A DNA stretch of 45,014 nt from an uncultured Lachnospiraceae bacterium (lineage in GTDB: Bacteria > Bacillota > Clostridia > UBA1381), in contig CAZBXN010000001.1 of assembly GCA_964496015.1 (NCBI GenBank), positions 1-45,014 on the forward strand, given 5' to 3'. The notes under the pieces were generated by a model. That model had not been told where the DNA came from. It did no database searches and worked only from the letters and a program-made list of their open reading frames with translations. Below, piece by piece: positions 17,508 through 27,126 of the stretch (its first letter is position 1; each line of letters starts with the position of its first letter). The position numbers and the translations under genes were made by a program.

Positions 17508-17726
17508 CTAAAAATTTTTATCGGGCAGAAATTCCATGATGTCCGACAATTCGCAGTCAAAAATATTACATAGCGCGTTTATTGTATAAGTTGACACGGA
17601 TTCATCATTCATCAGCCTTTTTATGGTTTTACTATCCAAATTATATTCACCGCATTTATTTCTGAGATAATAAGTGCTGATATTTCTCTCTTTTATAAGT
17701 TTTCTCAACGGAGCAAATGAAATCAT
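17508..17726 (-). CDS. XRE/Cro-C1 family helix-turn-helix transcriptional regulator (small, HTH only)
   Basis: 72 aa from the ATG at 17724-17726 (MISFAPLRKLIKERNISTYYLRNKCG...STYTINALCNIFDCELSDIMEF), preceded by AAGAGGTG. The track start at 17735 is a GTG inside the SD. Confidence 0.7.
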   Translation of the reverse strand: MISFAPLRKLIKERNISTYYLRNKCGEYNLDSKTIKRLMNDESVSTYTINALCNIFDCELSDIMEFLPDKNF

Positions 17727-17738
17727 AGACAACACCTC

Positions 17739-17767
17739 TTGACTTTTTCTTTATTATCTCATATAAT
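17739..17767 (+). promoter_or_regulatory. sigma-A type promoter for the LRR surface-protein gene (back to back with the XRE start)
   Basis: TTGACT (17739-17744), 17 nt spacer, TATAAT (17762-17767). Confidence 0.6.
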
Positions 17768-17834
17768 GTAGTAAAAGTTGTATGAGGAATATTCCCCATA
17801 GAGCGTGTAATTTTAAGAAATGGGGTTTTGAAAA

Positions 17835-19142
17835 ATGAAAAAATTCTTAGCAGCAATTATTGGCACTGTAATGCTTGTGTCGGTTTTGCCGATTGTTGCA
17901 AACGCGGACAGCGGGATATATGGTGATTTAAAATATGTTGCCTATGATGATTATGTTGCAATAAAAAGATATGTTGGCGAGCTGACAGAAATAGAAATAC
18001 CGTCGGAAATTGACGGTTTACCTGTCATATCCATTGGTGCTAACGCTTTTGATGATTGTGTCAATTTAAAAAGAATAAAATTATCAGCCAGTATATCAAA
18101 TCTTGGAGGAAATGCAGGAATTGCATCGCCATTCAACTATAATGTTCCAAATCTAGAAAATATAGATGTTGACCCTGCCAACCCCTAATTTACAAGTGTA
18201 GATGGTGTTTTATTTGACAAGAATATAACTACGCTTATAAAATATCCGTCAGGCAAAAATCAAATTGAATATACTATTCCTGATAGTGTTATAAAATTGG
18301 GTGATTGTACTACTTTTTATCAAGTTTCACATCTAGAAAACTTAACGCTATCTGAAAATTGTATGAGTCTATATGGTCTTGACCACAGTAATCCACGTTT
18401 ATCAAATATCAAAACAGGTCAAAACAGTTTATATTATACAAGTGCAGACGGCGTTTTATTCAACAAAGATATGACTAAACTTGAATTTTATCCTAGCGGA
18501 AAAACACAATCTGAATATCAAATTCCCGACAACGTAACTACAGTTGCAGGCAGAGCGTTTAACAATTGTATAAATCTAAGAAAAGTAACAATGCCAAAAG
18601 GAATGACCAATATAGGTAATTATGTTTTTGAAGATTGTCCTAAATTAGAAAATATAGTTATTCCTTTGGGTATTCAAAATATAGGACATACAGCATTTAG
18701 AAACGTAAACATATATTATGGCGGTACAGAAGAACAATGGAATGATATTAAATTGATAGATTTGGATAATAAGGAGTATATTCCCTATTGGACAATATGG
18801 ACAAAAGATTATAAAAAAACAACATTTAAATCAACTTTTTATTATAACGCAATAGGTACAACCGCACCCAAAATCAGCAATATAAATATAATACCAAACA
18901 GCGGCGACACGGGTAAAATGGCAGAAATTCAACTTGACACCGTTGAATATGACAGTACATTGATAGCATGTTTTGGCAATAACAATATACATATTGACAA
19001 TAAAATGATTGACTTATCCGCAGGGGACACATCAAAAATGGTTGAAATACCCGACAATGCCGACACTGTAAAAGTGTTCATCTGGGACAGCTTAGAGGGT
19101 ATGCGACCATTATGTGAGCCTAAGACCTTAACAATAGAATAA
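17835..19142 (+). pseudogene. BspA-type leucine-rich-repeat surface protein interrupted by a single in-frame TAA (18186-18188)
   Basis: Track ORFs 17835-18188 and 18297-19142 are in the same frame, with no other stop between them. The stretch after the TAA reads FTSVDGVLFDKNITTLIKYPSGKNQIEYTIPDSVIKLG, continuing the LRR_5 repeat (compare the later LYYTSADGVLFNKDMTKLEFYPSGKTQSEYQIPDNVTTV). N-terminal signal peptide MKKFLAAIIGTVMLVSVLPIVANA. Confidence 0.7.
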
Positions 19143-19151
19143 AATATATAC

Positions 19152-19187
19152 AAAAACCGCCTGATTTACCGCAGGCGGTTTGATTTT
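19152..19187 (+). terminator. rho-independent terminator after the LRR gene
   Basis: AACCGCCTG (19155-19163) / CAGGCGGTT (19172-19180) followed by TGATTTT. Confidence 0.65.
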
Positions 19188-19315
19188 GCCGCCGTGCGGC
19201 TTTTGGTATTAAATTCCGCCGATATGTTCATAATTGAAAGGGTAAACAAGGGTTTGTTCATGATTTTGTCATAAAAATGTAACGAAATCTTTATATATAG
19301 GTTAGGCAATCCGTA

Positions 19316-19344
19316 TTGACGAAGCGGATATGAAATGATATAAT
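19316..19344 (+). promoter_or_regulatory. sigma-A type promoter (extended -10) for the LCP gene
   Basis: TTGACG (19316-19321), 17 nt spacer, TATAAT (19339-19344), with TG at -15/-14. Confidence 0.55.
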
Positions 19345-19390
19345 TATACAAACATGCTTTAAACTGATGACAATCTTGGAGGTTACGTAA

Positions 19391-20518
19391 GTGAGAACAG
19401 GATTTAATTTTAAAAGATATTTTCAGGTGCTCGGTATTTCCCTTGCGGTGGTGGTCGCGATAACGGCGGCGGCAATGGGATTTGATTTTGCATCTTTAAA
19501 AGGCGAGCAGATAAATATCGGCGAAACGAATACGGCGGAGGTTTCGGCAGACGCGGAAAAAATCAACGTGCTGCTGATGACGACGGATATTGACGGACTG
19601 CGCACGGACGCGATGATACTCGCAAGCTTTGACACGAACACCAAAGAGGTTAATATGATGTCAATTCCGCGCGATACGTATATATATGTCGGAAACCGCT
19701 ATCAGAAAATCAACGCGGCACACGCGTTTGTCAAAGACGGCGTAGCGGGAGGCGCGGAAGCAGCCTGCGAGGTGGTAACGCGCATAACGGGCGTGCCGAT
19801 AAATTATTACGTGGATTTTACGCTTGACGCAGTGGCGCATGTTGTAAACGAGCTCGGTCCCGTCACTTTCACAATCCCCGATTTGTACGGCGACGGCGTG
19901 GGCATGGTTTACGACGACCCCGTTCAGAGCCTTCATATAAATCTTCCCCCCGGAACGTATGACCTTGACGGACAAAAAGCCGTATGGCTGATGCGCTACC
20001 GCCACGGAAACAAGGGAACAAAAGGCGCCGAGGGCTATCCCAACGGCGACGGCGGCAGAGTTGAAATGCAGCAGAAATTTTTGAAGGCGCTTGTAGACCA
20101 GAAGCTGAACGCGTCAGTTATACTCAAAATACCGTCGATATTCAAGGACGTCAGTTCCGAAATGAAAACAAATCTGAACGTCAAGGACGTAGTCAAATAT
20201 TCAAAATATCTGTCGGGCTTTTCAAGCGAGCATATAAAAACATGGGAATTGCCGGGACTTTTCGATAAGGCAGTTATAGACGGCAATGAAGCGGATATAT
20301 GGAAAGTAAATCTTGATGAAATCCGTATCCTTGTTCAGAATGTATTCGGCTATGACGCCGATAATATAACGGTCGGCAATCCCGACAATCCGAGCGCACC
20401 GATACCCGAAAACGCCGTCACAACGCGTCATACGGGAATGGTGGACGAATTTATGCCGCAGCCCGAGGGAACAACGGAAGCGGGTGCGGAAAATACCGAA
20501 AGCGCCGAAGATGAGTAA
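19391..20518 (+). CDS. LytR-CpsA-Psr (LCP) family cell-wall glycopolymer ligase
   Basis: 375 aa. GTG start with GGAGG 8 nt upstream and an N-terminal TM anchor. ..INVLLMTTD..G.RTDAMILASFD.....V.MMSIPRDTY... ..INYYV.F.LDAV..VV..LG.V.. is the LCP core. Confidence 0.85.
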   Translation: MRTGFNFKRYFQVLGISLAVVVAITAAAMGFDFASLKGEQINIGETNTAEVSADAEKINVLLMTTDIDGLRTDAMILASFDTNTKEVNMMSIPRDTYIYVGNRYQKINAAHAFVKDGVAGGAEAACEVVTRITGVPINYYVDFTLDAVAHVVNELGPVTFTIPDLYGDGVGMVYDDPVQSLHINLPPGTYDLDGQKAVWLMRYRHGNKGTKGAEGYPNGDGGRVEMQQKFLKALVDQKLNASVILKIPSIFKDVSSEMKTNLNVKDVVKYSKYLSGFSSEHIKTWELPGLFDKAVIDGNEADIWKVNLDEIRILVQNVFGYDADNITVGNPDNPSAPIPENAVTTRHTGMVDEFMPQPEGTTEAGAENTESAEDE

Positions 20519-20544
20519 AAAAACGGAAAAAATTCAAAAAAAGA

Positions 20545-20573
20545 CTTGCAAAACAATAATTTGTATGGTATAA
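20545..20573 (+). promoter_or_regulatory. sigma-A type promoter (extended -10) for the rimP-nusA-infB operon
   Basis: TTGCAA (20545-20550), 17 nt spacer, TATAAT (20568-20573), with TG at -15/-14. Confidence 0.55.
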
Positions 20574-20601
20574 TAAGCATTGTTTGAGAATAATTTTTTT
20601 C

Positions 20602-20627
20602 AAAAGAGTGGGTTTGCCCACTCTTTT
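20602..20627 (+). promoter_or_regulatory. terminator-like hairpin in the rimP-nusA leader (candidate attenuator)
   Basis: AAAAGAGTGGG-TTTG-CCCACTCTTTT (11 bp stem) followed by GAATTT. Lies between the predicted promoter and the rimP ATG. Confidence 0.45.
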
Positions 20628-20657
20628 GAATTTAATGTGAGAAAAACGGAGGTAGAA

Positions 20658-21116
20658 ATGGCGAATAAAACAGAGGAAACCGTATTCGCGCTTGCTGAGC
20701 CGACAGCGGAAAAGCAGGGCGTGTATATTGTAGACGTCGATTATAAAAAAGCGGACGGCGAATATTCGCTGTGCATTTACATCGACAAGGACGGCGGCGT
20801 CGGAATAGACGACTGCGAGGCGTTTTCGCACGCAGTGGAGGAAATTCTCGACAGGGAAGACCCGATTGAAAACAATTATGTTTTGGAGGTATCGTCCCCG
20901 GGGGCTGACAGGAAGCTCAAAAAGGAACGCGAATTTCTTTATTATAAGGGACGCGAGGTTGACGTGAAGCTGTTTAAGCCCGTTGACGATATGAAAGAAT
21001 TTACGGGCGTATTGAAGGATTTTAAAAACAAGACCGCGTTTATAGAATGTGACGGAAAAACGTATGAAATACCCGCCAAAGAAGCGGCTTATATAAAATT
21101 AAGTTTCAGATTTTGA
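20658..21116 (+). CDS. rimP: ribosome maturation factor RimP
   Basis: The ATG at 20658 is preceded by GGAGG (20648-20652). 152 aa. ..LEVSSPG.DR.L.. motif. Located upstream of nusA. Confidence 0.85.
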   Translation: MANKTEETVFALAEPTAEKQGVYIVDVDYKKADGEYSLCIYIDKDGGVGIDDCEAFSHAVEEILDREDPIENNYVLEVSSPGADRKLKKEREFLYYKGREVDVKLFKPVDDMKEFTGVLKDFKNKTAFIECDGKTYEIPAKEAAYIKLSFRF

Positions 21117-21134
21117 GAAAGGAATGGTAAAAAA

Positions 21135-22157
21135 ATGAATAAAGAATTGCTGGAGGCAATAACGGATTTGTGCGAAGAAAAGGGAATAAGCCCCGACGTT
21201 ATTTTGGAGGCGCTCGAAGCGGCGCTTCAAGCGGCATACAAGAAGAATTTCAATTCCTCGCAGAATGTTGCGGTTGAGATTGACCGCAAAAAAGGCGGCG
21301 TAAAGGTTATGGCGCAGAAAGAGGTTGTTGAAACCGTCGAAAACGAGCAGGAGCAAATTTCTCTTGAGGACGCGAAAGAAATAAGCGGCGTTTACGAAAT
21401 CGGCGATATTGTAAATATTGAGGTAACGCCGAAAAACTTCGGAAGAATAAGCGCGATGACAGCGAAGCAGGTAGTGACGCAGAGATTGAGAGAAGCTGAG
21501 CGCGGAATACTTTACAGCGAATACAATGAGAAAATGAACGAAATAGTCGCGGGACGCGTAGAGAGAGTTGAGCACGGAAACGTATTTCTCGACGTCGGAA
21601 AAATCGAGGCGTTTTTGCCCGCAAACGAGCAGCCGCCGGGGGAAAAATACGAGGTCGGCTCAACAATACGCTGCTATGTAAGCGAGGTAAGAAACGGCGC
21701 GAGAGATACGCAGATGATTTTGTCGAGAACGCATCCGGGGCTTGTAAAGCGTCTGTTTGAGGCGGAAGTCCCCGAGATTATGGACGGTATTGTGGAAATT
21801 AAGAGCATTGCGCGCGAGGCGGGTTCAAGAACAAAAATCGCCGTTTACTCGACAAATCCCGATATTGACGCGCAGGGCGCGTGCATAGGGCCCAAGGGTA
21901 TGAGAGTTCAGTGCATAGGCGACGAACTCCGCAACGAAAAGATTGATATTGTAAAGTGGAGCGAAGACCCCGCCGAGTTTATCACGGCAAGTCTCAGCCC
22001 GTCAAAGGTTTTGTCAACGGAATTGAACGACGAGGAAAAGACGGCAAAGGTTGTTGTTCCCGCAAATCAGCTCTCGCTCGCTATCGGACGTTCGGGTCAG
22101 AACGTAAGACTTGCGGCAAGACTGACAGGCTGGAAAATAGACATCAGCGCGAAATAA
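21135..22157 (+). CDS. nusA: transcription termination/antitermination factor NusA
   Basis: 340 aa with an N-terminal domain, S1 (..G.V.RVE.GNVFLD.GK.EA.LP..EQ.PGE.Y) and two KH domains (..ACIG.KG.RVQ.I..EL..EKIDIV.WS.D... LAIGR.GQNVRLA..LTGWKIDI). Confidence 0.93.
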   Translation: MNKELLEAITDLCEEKGISPDVILEALEAALQAAYKKNFNSSQNVAVEIDRKKGGVKVMAQKEVVETVENEQEQISLEDAKEISGVYEIGDIVNIEVTPKNFGRISAMTAKQVVTQRLREAERGILYSEYNEKMNEIVAGRVERVEHGNVFLDVGKIEAFLPANEQPPGEKYEVGSTIRCYVSEVRNGARDTQMILSRTHPGLVKRLFEAEVPEIMDGIVEIKSIAREAGSRTKIAVYSTNPDIDAQGACIGPKGMRVQCIGDELRNEKIDIVKWSEDPAEFITASLSPSKVLSTELNDEEKTAKVVVPANQLSLAIGRSGQNVRLAARLTGWKIDISAK

Positions 22158-22168
22158 AGGAATAAATA

Positions 22169-22426
22169 ATGAAACATATACCGCTCAGAATGTGCATAGC
22201 GTGCCGTAAAATGAAACCGCAGAATGAGCTTATACGGATAGTAAGGGACAAAGAAACGCATAATATAAGCTTAGACACGGAAAAGAAATTATTCGGGCGC
22301 GGCGCATATATTTGCAAAAACGCGGACTGCGTACAGTCTGCGGAAAAGAAACGCGGCATAGAGCGTCATTTTAAATGCGCCGTACCGCGTGAAATCTATG
22401 AAGAAGCAAAAAAATTGATAGATTGA
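22169..22426 (+). CDS. ylxR: YlxR/RnpM family RNA-binding protein (DUF448)
   Basis: 85 aa. ..[21 protein letters not shown]....... GRGAYIC....C.. signature. Located between nusA and infB. Confidence 0.8.
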   Translation: MKHIPLRMCIACRKMKPQNELIRIVRDKETHNISLDTEKKLFGRGAYICKNADCVQSAEKKRGIERHFKCAVPREIYEEAKKLID

Positions 22427-22455
22427 ACGGAATTAAAGAAAGGATGGTATGTCAT

Positions 22456-24912
22456 ATGGCAGAAGCATCAACACTTAAACTTGGTGAAATTTCAAAGAAA
22501 ATAAAAATCACGAATAAGGATATTATCGAAAAGCTCGGCGGCTACGGAGTTACTCTTAAAAGCTCGGCAAGCCTTATCACGGAGGAACAGGCGGGCTTGA
22601 TTATTGATGTTTATACACAGCTTAACACATCTTCCATGGAGGAGATTTCCGCTTTGCGCGATGAGCTTAGGGCAAAGAAAAAAGCGGCTGATGAAAAGGC
22701 TGCGAAGGAAGCTGAAAAAGCCGCGAAAAAGGCGGAAAAAGAAAAGGCTGCGGAAACTGAAAAAGCCGAAAAGCAGGAAGCGGAAAAAGCAGTAAAGCCG
22801 TCTGAAAAGGCAGAGGAAAAAGCAGACGCAAAGCCGAAAACCGCCGATAAGCAAAAGCACAAAAAAGTCGCGAAAAAGCAGACGGGACAGAAAATAGATT
22901 TAAGCAATATAGACCATTCAAACACTGAGGAGGAATATATTGTAAAGACCGAGGAAAGAAAACGCTATGTCGATACGCGTCAGACGGTTGTTGAGATTGA
23001 CAAAATCCAGCAGCGCGAGCGCATAGAGGACATGGTTTCCGATAATATCAGAATAAACGGCGGCAGAAAGAACAAGAATAAGAGAAGCGGCAAAAACCGT
23101 ATGCAGCAGGAGCTTAAAGAAAAGCCGAAGATGAAGGAAAAGCCGAAGCCGAAGGTAATAACCGAGGTTGAAATCCCCGAGGCTATTTTGGTGGGCGATT
23201 TTGCCTCGAAGATTGGCAAGAGCGTTGCCGAGATTATGAAAAAGCTTATGGCGCTCGGCGTTATGGCGACAATGAATCAGGCGATTGACTTTGAAACGGC
23301 GCAGATTATCGGCGAGGACTTCGGAATTACCGTAAATCAGGAGATTGTTCTCACGAAAGAGGAACGCCTGTTTATGGATATTGAAGAGGAAGATAAGCCG
23401 GAGGACTTGGTTCCGCGTCCGCCTGTCGTAGTCGTTATGGGTCACGTTGACCACGGTAAGACGTCGCTGCTTGACGCGATACGTCATACGAGCGTAACCG
23501 ATACCGAGGCGGGCGGAATTACGCAGCATATCGGCGCGTACAGCGTTAAATTAAACGACAGGGAAATCACGTTCCTTGATACGCCGGGTCATGAAGCGTT
23601 TACGACAATGAGAGCGCGCGGCGCGCAGGTTACAGACGTTGCGATACTTGTTGTGGCAGCCGACGACGGTATCATGCCGCAGACGATTGAGGCTATAAAC
23701 CACGCCAAAGCGGCGGGCGTTTCGATAATTGTAGCAATCAACAAGATTGATAAAGACGGCGCAAATCCCGACCGCGTTAAGCAGATGCTTGTCGAGCAGG
23801 AGCTCGTTCCCGAGGAATGGGGCGGCGACACGGTATGCGTTGAGGTTTCGGCGAAAAAGAAGCAGAATATTGACGGACTTCTCGAAATGGTTCTGCTTGT
23901 CGCGGATATGCAGGAATTGAAAGCAAATCCGAACAGAACCGCGCAGGGTACTGTAATCGAAGCGCAGGTTGACAAGGGCAGAGGTCCTGTCGCGACCGTG
24001 CTTGTACAGAACGGTACGCTTAAGGTAGGCGATTTCATTATTGCGGGAACGGCTGTAGGACGTGTAAGAGCCATGGTAAACGATAAGGGCAGACGCGTTA
24101 AATCGGCGGGACCGTCAGTACCCGTTGAGGTGCTGGGTCTTTCGGAAGCTCCGACAGGCGGCGACAAGCTCGTTGTCGTATCGAATGAAAAGCTTGCAAG
24201 AGAAGTCGCGGAGCAGAGAAAGCAGGAATTGCAGGAGAATAAATTCAATCAGGTCGTTAAGGTATCGCTTGATAACCTGTTCAGCCAGATTGACGAGGGT
24301 AATATGAAAGAGCTTGACGTTATTATTAAGGCTGACGTTCAGGGCTCGGTTGAGGCGGTTAAGCAGTCGCTTGAAAAGCTTTCAAACGACGAGGTAAGAG
24401 TAAGAGCAATTCACGGCGGCGTCGGCGCGATAAACGAGTCGGACGTAATGCTTGCGAATGCGTCAAACGCTATTATTGTCGGCTTTAACGTGCGTCCCGA
24501 CGCGGGCGCGGTTTCGGCGGCTGAACAGCAGGACGTTGATATTCGACTTTACCGCGTAATCTATCAGGCGATAGAGGAAATCGAGGCGGCTATGAAGGGC
24601 ATGCTTGACCCCGAATACAAAGAGGTTATGCTTGGTTACGCCGACGTTCGCCAGACCTTCAAGGTGTCGGGCGTAGGAACGATTGCGGGCTGTTATGTAA
24701 CTCAGGGTAAAATTCAGCGTAACGCAGACATCAGAATTGTCCGCGACGGCGTTATTGTTCATGAGGGCAAAATTGACAGCTTAAAGAGATTTAAGGACGA
24801 CGCAAAGGAAGTGCCCGAGAACTTTGAGTGCGGTCTTGGCGTTGAGAACTTCAATGACGTAAAAGAGGGTGACGTTATTGAATGTTTCGTAATGGAAGAA
24901 ATTGAAAGATAA
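22456..24912 (+). CDS. infB: translation initiation factor IF-2
   Basis: GTPase motifs [21 protein letters not shown]. Lys/Glu/Ala-rich N-terminal region. The ATG at 22456 ([15 protein letters not shown]) is chosen over the track TTG at 22423. Confidence 0.93.
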   Translation: MAEASTLKLGEISKKIKITNKDIIEKLGGYGVTLKSSASLITEEQAGLIIDVYTQLNTSSMEEISALRDELRAKKKAADEKAAKEAEKAAKKAEKEKAAETEKAEKQEAEKAVKPSEKAEEKADAKPKTADKQKHKKVAKKQTGQKIDLSNIDHSNTEEEYIVKTEERKRYVDTRQTVVEIDKIQQRERIEDMVSDNIRINGGRKNKNKRSGKNRMQQELKEKPKMKEKPKPKVITEVEIPEAILVGDFASKIGKSVAEIMKKLMALGVMATMNQAIDFETAQIIGEDFGITVNQEIVLTKEERLFMDIEEEDKPEDLVPRPPVVVVMGHVDHGKTSLLDAIRHTSVTDTEAGGITQHIGAYSVKLNDREITFLDTPGHEAFTTMRARGAQVTDVAILVVAADDGIMPQTIEAINHAKAAGVSIIVAINKIDKDGANPDRVKQMLVEQELVPEEWGGDTVCVEVSAKKKQNIDGLLEMVLLVADMQELKANPNRTAQGTVIEAQVDKGRGPVATVLVQNGTLKVGDFIIAGTAVGRVRAMVNDKGRRVKSAGPSVPVEVLGLSEAPTGGDKLVVVSNEKLAREVAEQRKQELQENKFNQVVKVSLDNLFSQIDEGNMKELDVIIKADVQGSVEAVKQSLEKLSNDEVRVRAIHGGVGAINESDVMLANASNAIIVGFNVRPDAGAVSAAEQQDVDIRLYRVIYQAIEEIEAAMKGMLDPEYKEVMLGYADVRQTFKVSGVGTIAGCYVTQGKIQRNADIRIVRDGVIVHEGKIDSLKRFKDDAKEVPENFECGLGVENFNDVKEGDVIECFVMEEIER

Positions 24913-24922
24913 AGGAAAGATT

Positions 24923-25255
24923 ATGGCAAGAATAGACAAAATCAATGAGGAAGTACGCCGTGAGCTTGCGGGCATTATCCGTGATTTAAAGGACACGCGC
25001 ATACCTATGATGACGAGCGTCGTATCGGTGAGCGTAACGAATGATTTGCGTTACGCAAAGGCGTATATTTCCGTAATGGGCGATGAGGAAACCCAGAAAA
25101 AAGCCATGGAGGGTTTAAAAAGCGCCGCGGGATTTGTAAGACGCGAAATCGGCAGAAAGGTGGATTTGCGCTATACGCCCGAATTTATTTTCGAGCTTGA
25201 CAAGTCTATCGAACACGGCGCGCATATTGATGAATTATTAAAAAAATACAAGTAA
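24923..25255 (+). CDS. rbfA: ribosome-binding factor A
   Basis: The ATG at 24923 (MARIDKINEEVRRELA...) is preceded by AAAGGAAAG. 110 aa. Follows infB. Confidence 0.9.
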   Translation: MARIDKINEEVRRELAGIIRDLKDTRIPMMTSVVSVSVTNDLRYAKAYISVMGDEETQKKAMEGLKSAAGFVRREIGRKVDLRYTPEFIFELDKSIEHGAHIDELLKKYK

Positions 25256-25277
25256 TTTACCATACGGGGAGAGAGAT

Positions 25278-26225
25278 ATGCAAAAAGCAATAGAAATGAT
25301 TAAAAATGCAAAATCGGTTGCATTGTTTCCGCATATAAACGAAGACCCCGACGCAATCTGCTCATGCTTTGCGTTCGCTGAGGTTTTACGGAATATGGGG
25401 AAAACGGCAGTCTGTTATATGTGCGATACGATAGAAGAGCATTTGGCGTTTATAGGCGGCGAATACGAGGTCTACGACGAAACGAAGCGGTACAGTCACG
25501 ACCTCGCGCTTTGCCTTGACTGCGGCGCGATTGACAGATTGGGAAAAAGGGAAAAACTGTTCCATGAAATAGGGAATTCGGTAAATATAGACCACCACTG
25601 CACAAACACAAATTTTGCCGATGTAAATTATGTTGACGCCGCCGCTTCGGCGACGGGCGAAATACTGACGGAGCTGTTTTCGGAAACGGGAATTGAAATA
25701 AACGACAAAATCGCGCGGTATCTTTATATTTCCATAGCGTCGGACACGGGCTGTTTTAAATACAGCAACGTAACGCCGAAAACAATGAGGACGGCGGCGG
25801 CTTTGCTCGAATATGACTTCGACCACGCCGAAGCGACAAGGCTGCTTTTCGATACATATACATTGCCTGTTCTTAAATTCCGTGCTGAAATAACAGGGAA
25901 TATTCATTCATATGCGGACGGCAAAATAAGCGTTGTTACCGTAGACGACGGGCTTGTTAAAAAATACGGTATTGATATAAAGGAAACGCCGAATATTGTT
26001 GACATTCCGCGCCTGATTGCAGGCACGGAAATCGCGGTGTGCATTAAGCATCAAAACGGCGTGATACGGGCAAGCCTCCGCTCAAACGGAGAGGCGGATG
26101 TTGCGGCGGTTACAGAGAAATTCGGCGGCGGCGGTCATGTAAAAGCCGCGGGCTGCTCGATTGACGCAAAAACGCTTGAAGAAGCGGAAAAAACAATAGT
26201 TGAAGAGTGTTTAAAGGTATTATGA
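25278..26225 (+). CDS. nrnA: DHH/DHHA1 family phosphoesterase (NrnA-like nanoRNase / pAp phosphatase)
   Basis: 315 aa. ..H.N.DPDA..S.. , ..NIDHH.. , ..DTG.F.Y.N.. , ..GGGH..AAG.. motifs. Confidence 0.8.
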   Translation: MQKAIEMIKNAKSVALFPHINEDPDAICSCFAFAEVLRNMGKTAVCYMCDTIEEHLAFIGGEYEVYDETKRYSHDLALCLDCGAIDRLGKREKLFHEIGNSVNIDHHCTNTNFADVNYVDAAASATGEILTELFSETGIEINDKIARYLYISIASDTGCFKYSNVTPKTMRTAAALLEYDFDHAEATRLLFDTYTLPVLKFRAEITGNIHSYADGKISVVTVDDGLVKKYGIDIKETPNIVDIPRLIAGTEIAVCIKHQNGVIRASLRSNGEADVAAVTEKFGGGGHVKAAGCSIDAKTLEEAEKTIVEECLKVL

Positions 26226-27091
26226 ACGGCATAATAGTTATAGATAAGCCCGAGGGTAAAACCTCGCATGACATGGTGTATTTTATGCGCCGTGTGACGG
26301 GCATTAAAAAAATCGGTCATACGGGCACGCTTGACCCTATGGCGACGGGCGTTTTGCCCGTCTGTATCGGCAGCGCGACAAAGGCTGCCGATATGCTGAC
26401 TGCGTCCGATAAGCAGTATACGGCGGAGCTGATTTTAGGCAAAACGACCGATACGCAGGACGCGTCGGGAACGGTTTTAACGGAAAGTGAAGTTAATTTA
26501 GCCGATACGGAAATTGAAAACGCCGTAAGTTCCTTTGTCGGCGAAATTGAGCAAATCCCGCCGATGTATTCGGCAATAAAGCAAAACGGGAAAAAGCTTT
26601 ACGAGCTTGCAAGAAAGGGCATTGAGGTCGAGAGAAAGCCGAGAAAAGTGAAAATCCACGGAATAAATATACTCGGCATAGACGGAAAAAGCGTTAAAAT
26701 AGATGTTTCCTGCTCGAAAGGCACGTATATAAGAACATTGTGCGCGGATATTGGTGAAAAGCTCGGTACAGGCGCGTATATGAACACTTTAAGACGCACG
26801 CAGGCAGGGATTTTTACAATAGAGAACGCATATACGGCAGAAGATATTCAGAAAATGGCAGAAGCGGGGACATTAAACGAAGCGCTTATTCCGATTGACG
26901 AACTGTTTTTTGAATATCCGAAAATCGTGCTTAACGAAAAGCAGACGAGGAGCATTGTAAACGGTATAAGAATGACATATCGGGGACAGGCAGGACAGTG
27001 CTACAGACTGTATGACGAACAGGGGAAATTCCTCTGTATATCAAGATGCACAGACGAAAAGCTTGTGCTTCAAAAATCATTCTGGAGCTAA
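26222..27091 (+). CDS. truB: tRNA pseudouridine(55) synthase
   Basis: The ATG at 26222 overlaps the nrnA TGA (ATGA). MNGIIVIDKPEGKTSHD.V.......KIGHTGTLDP.ATGVLPVC.G.ATK is the TruB core. Confidence 0.9.
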   Translation: MNGIIVIDKPEGKTSHDMVYFMRRVTGIKKIGHTGTLDPMATGVLPVCIGSATKAADMLTASDKQYTAELILGKTTDTQDASGTVLTESEVNLADTEIENAVSSFVGEIEQIPPMYSAIKQNGKKLYELARKGIEVERKPRKVKIHGINILGIDGKSVKIDVSCSKGTYIRTLCADIGEKLGTGAYMNTLRRTQAGIFTIENAYTAEDIQKMAEAGTLNEALIPIDELFFEYPKIVLNEKQTRSIVNGIRMTYRGQAGQCYRLYDEQGKFLCISRCTDEKLVLQKSFWS

Positions 27092-27126
27092 AATAATGGG
27101 GAAAATGAAAGGGAGGCGGCATAAAT

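Noticed and set aside
19218-19225. GCCGATAT, identical to a sigma-D (sigma-28) -10 element
   Set aside because: There is no TAAA/CTAAA -35 element at 15-16 nt upstream, and no flagellar or chemotaxis gene downstream. It is probably chance.
17370-19390. Integrative mobile element at tRNA-Thr
   Set aside because: There is no integrase, recombinase, excisionase or repeat of the tRNA 3' end. The AT-rich genes lie on the 5' side of the tRNA, not at its 3' end. I report it only as a compositional islet.
22492-24248. Several 84-219 aa minus-strand ORFs inside infB
   Set aside because: They are generated by the low-complexity, purine-rich IF-2 coding strand. The products are Phe/Ser/Ala-rich nonsense. 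infB itself is unambiguous.
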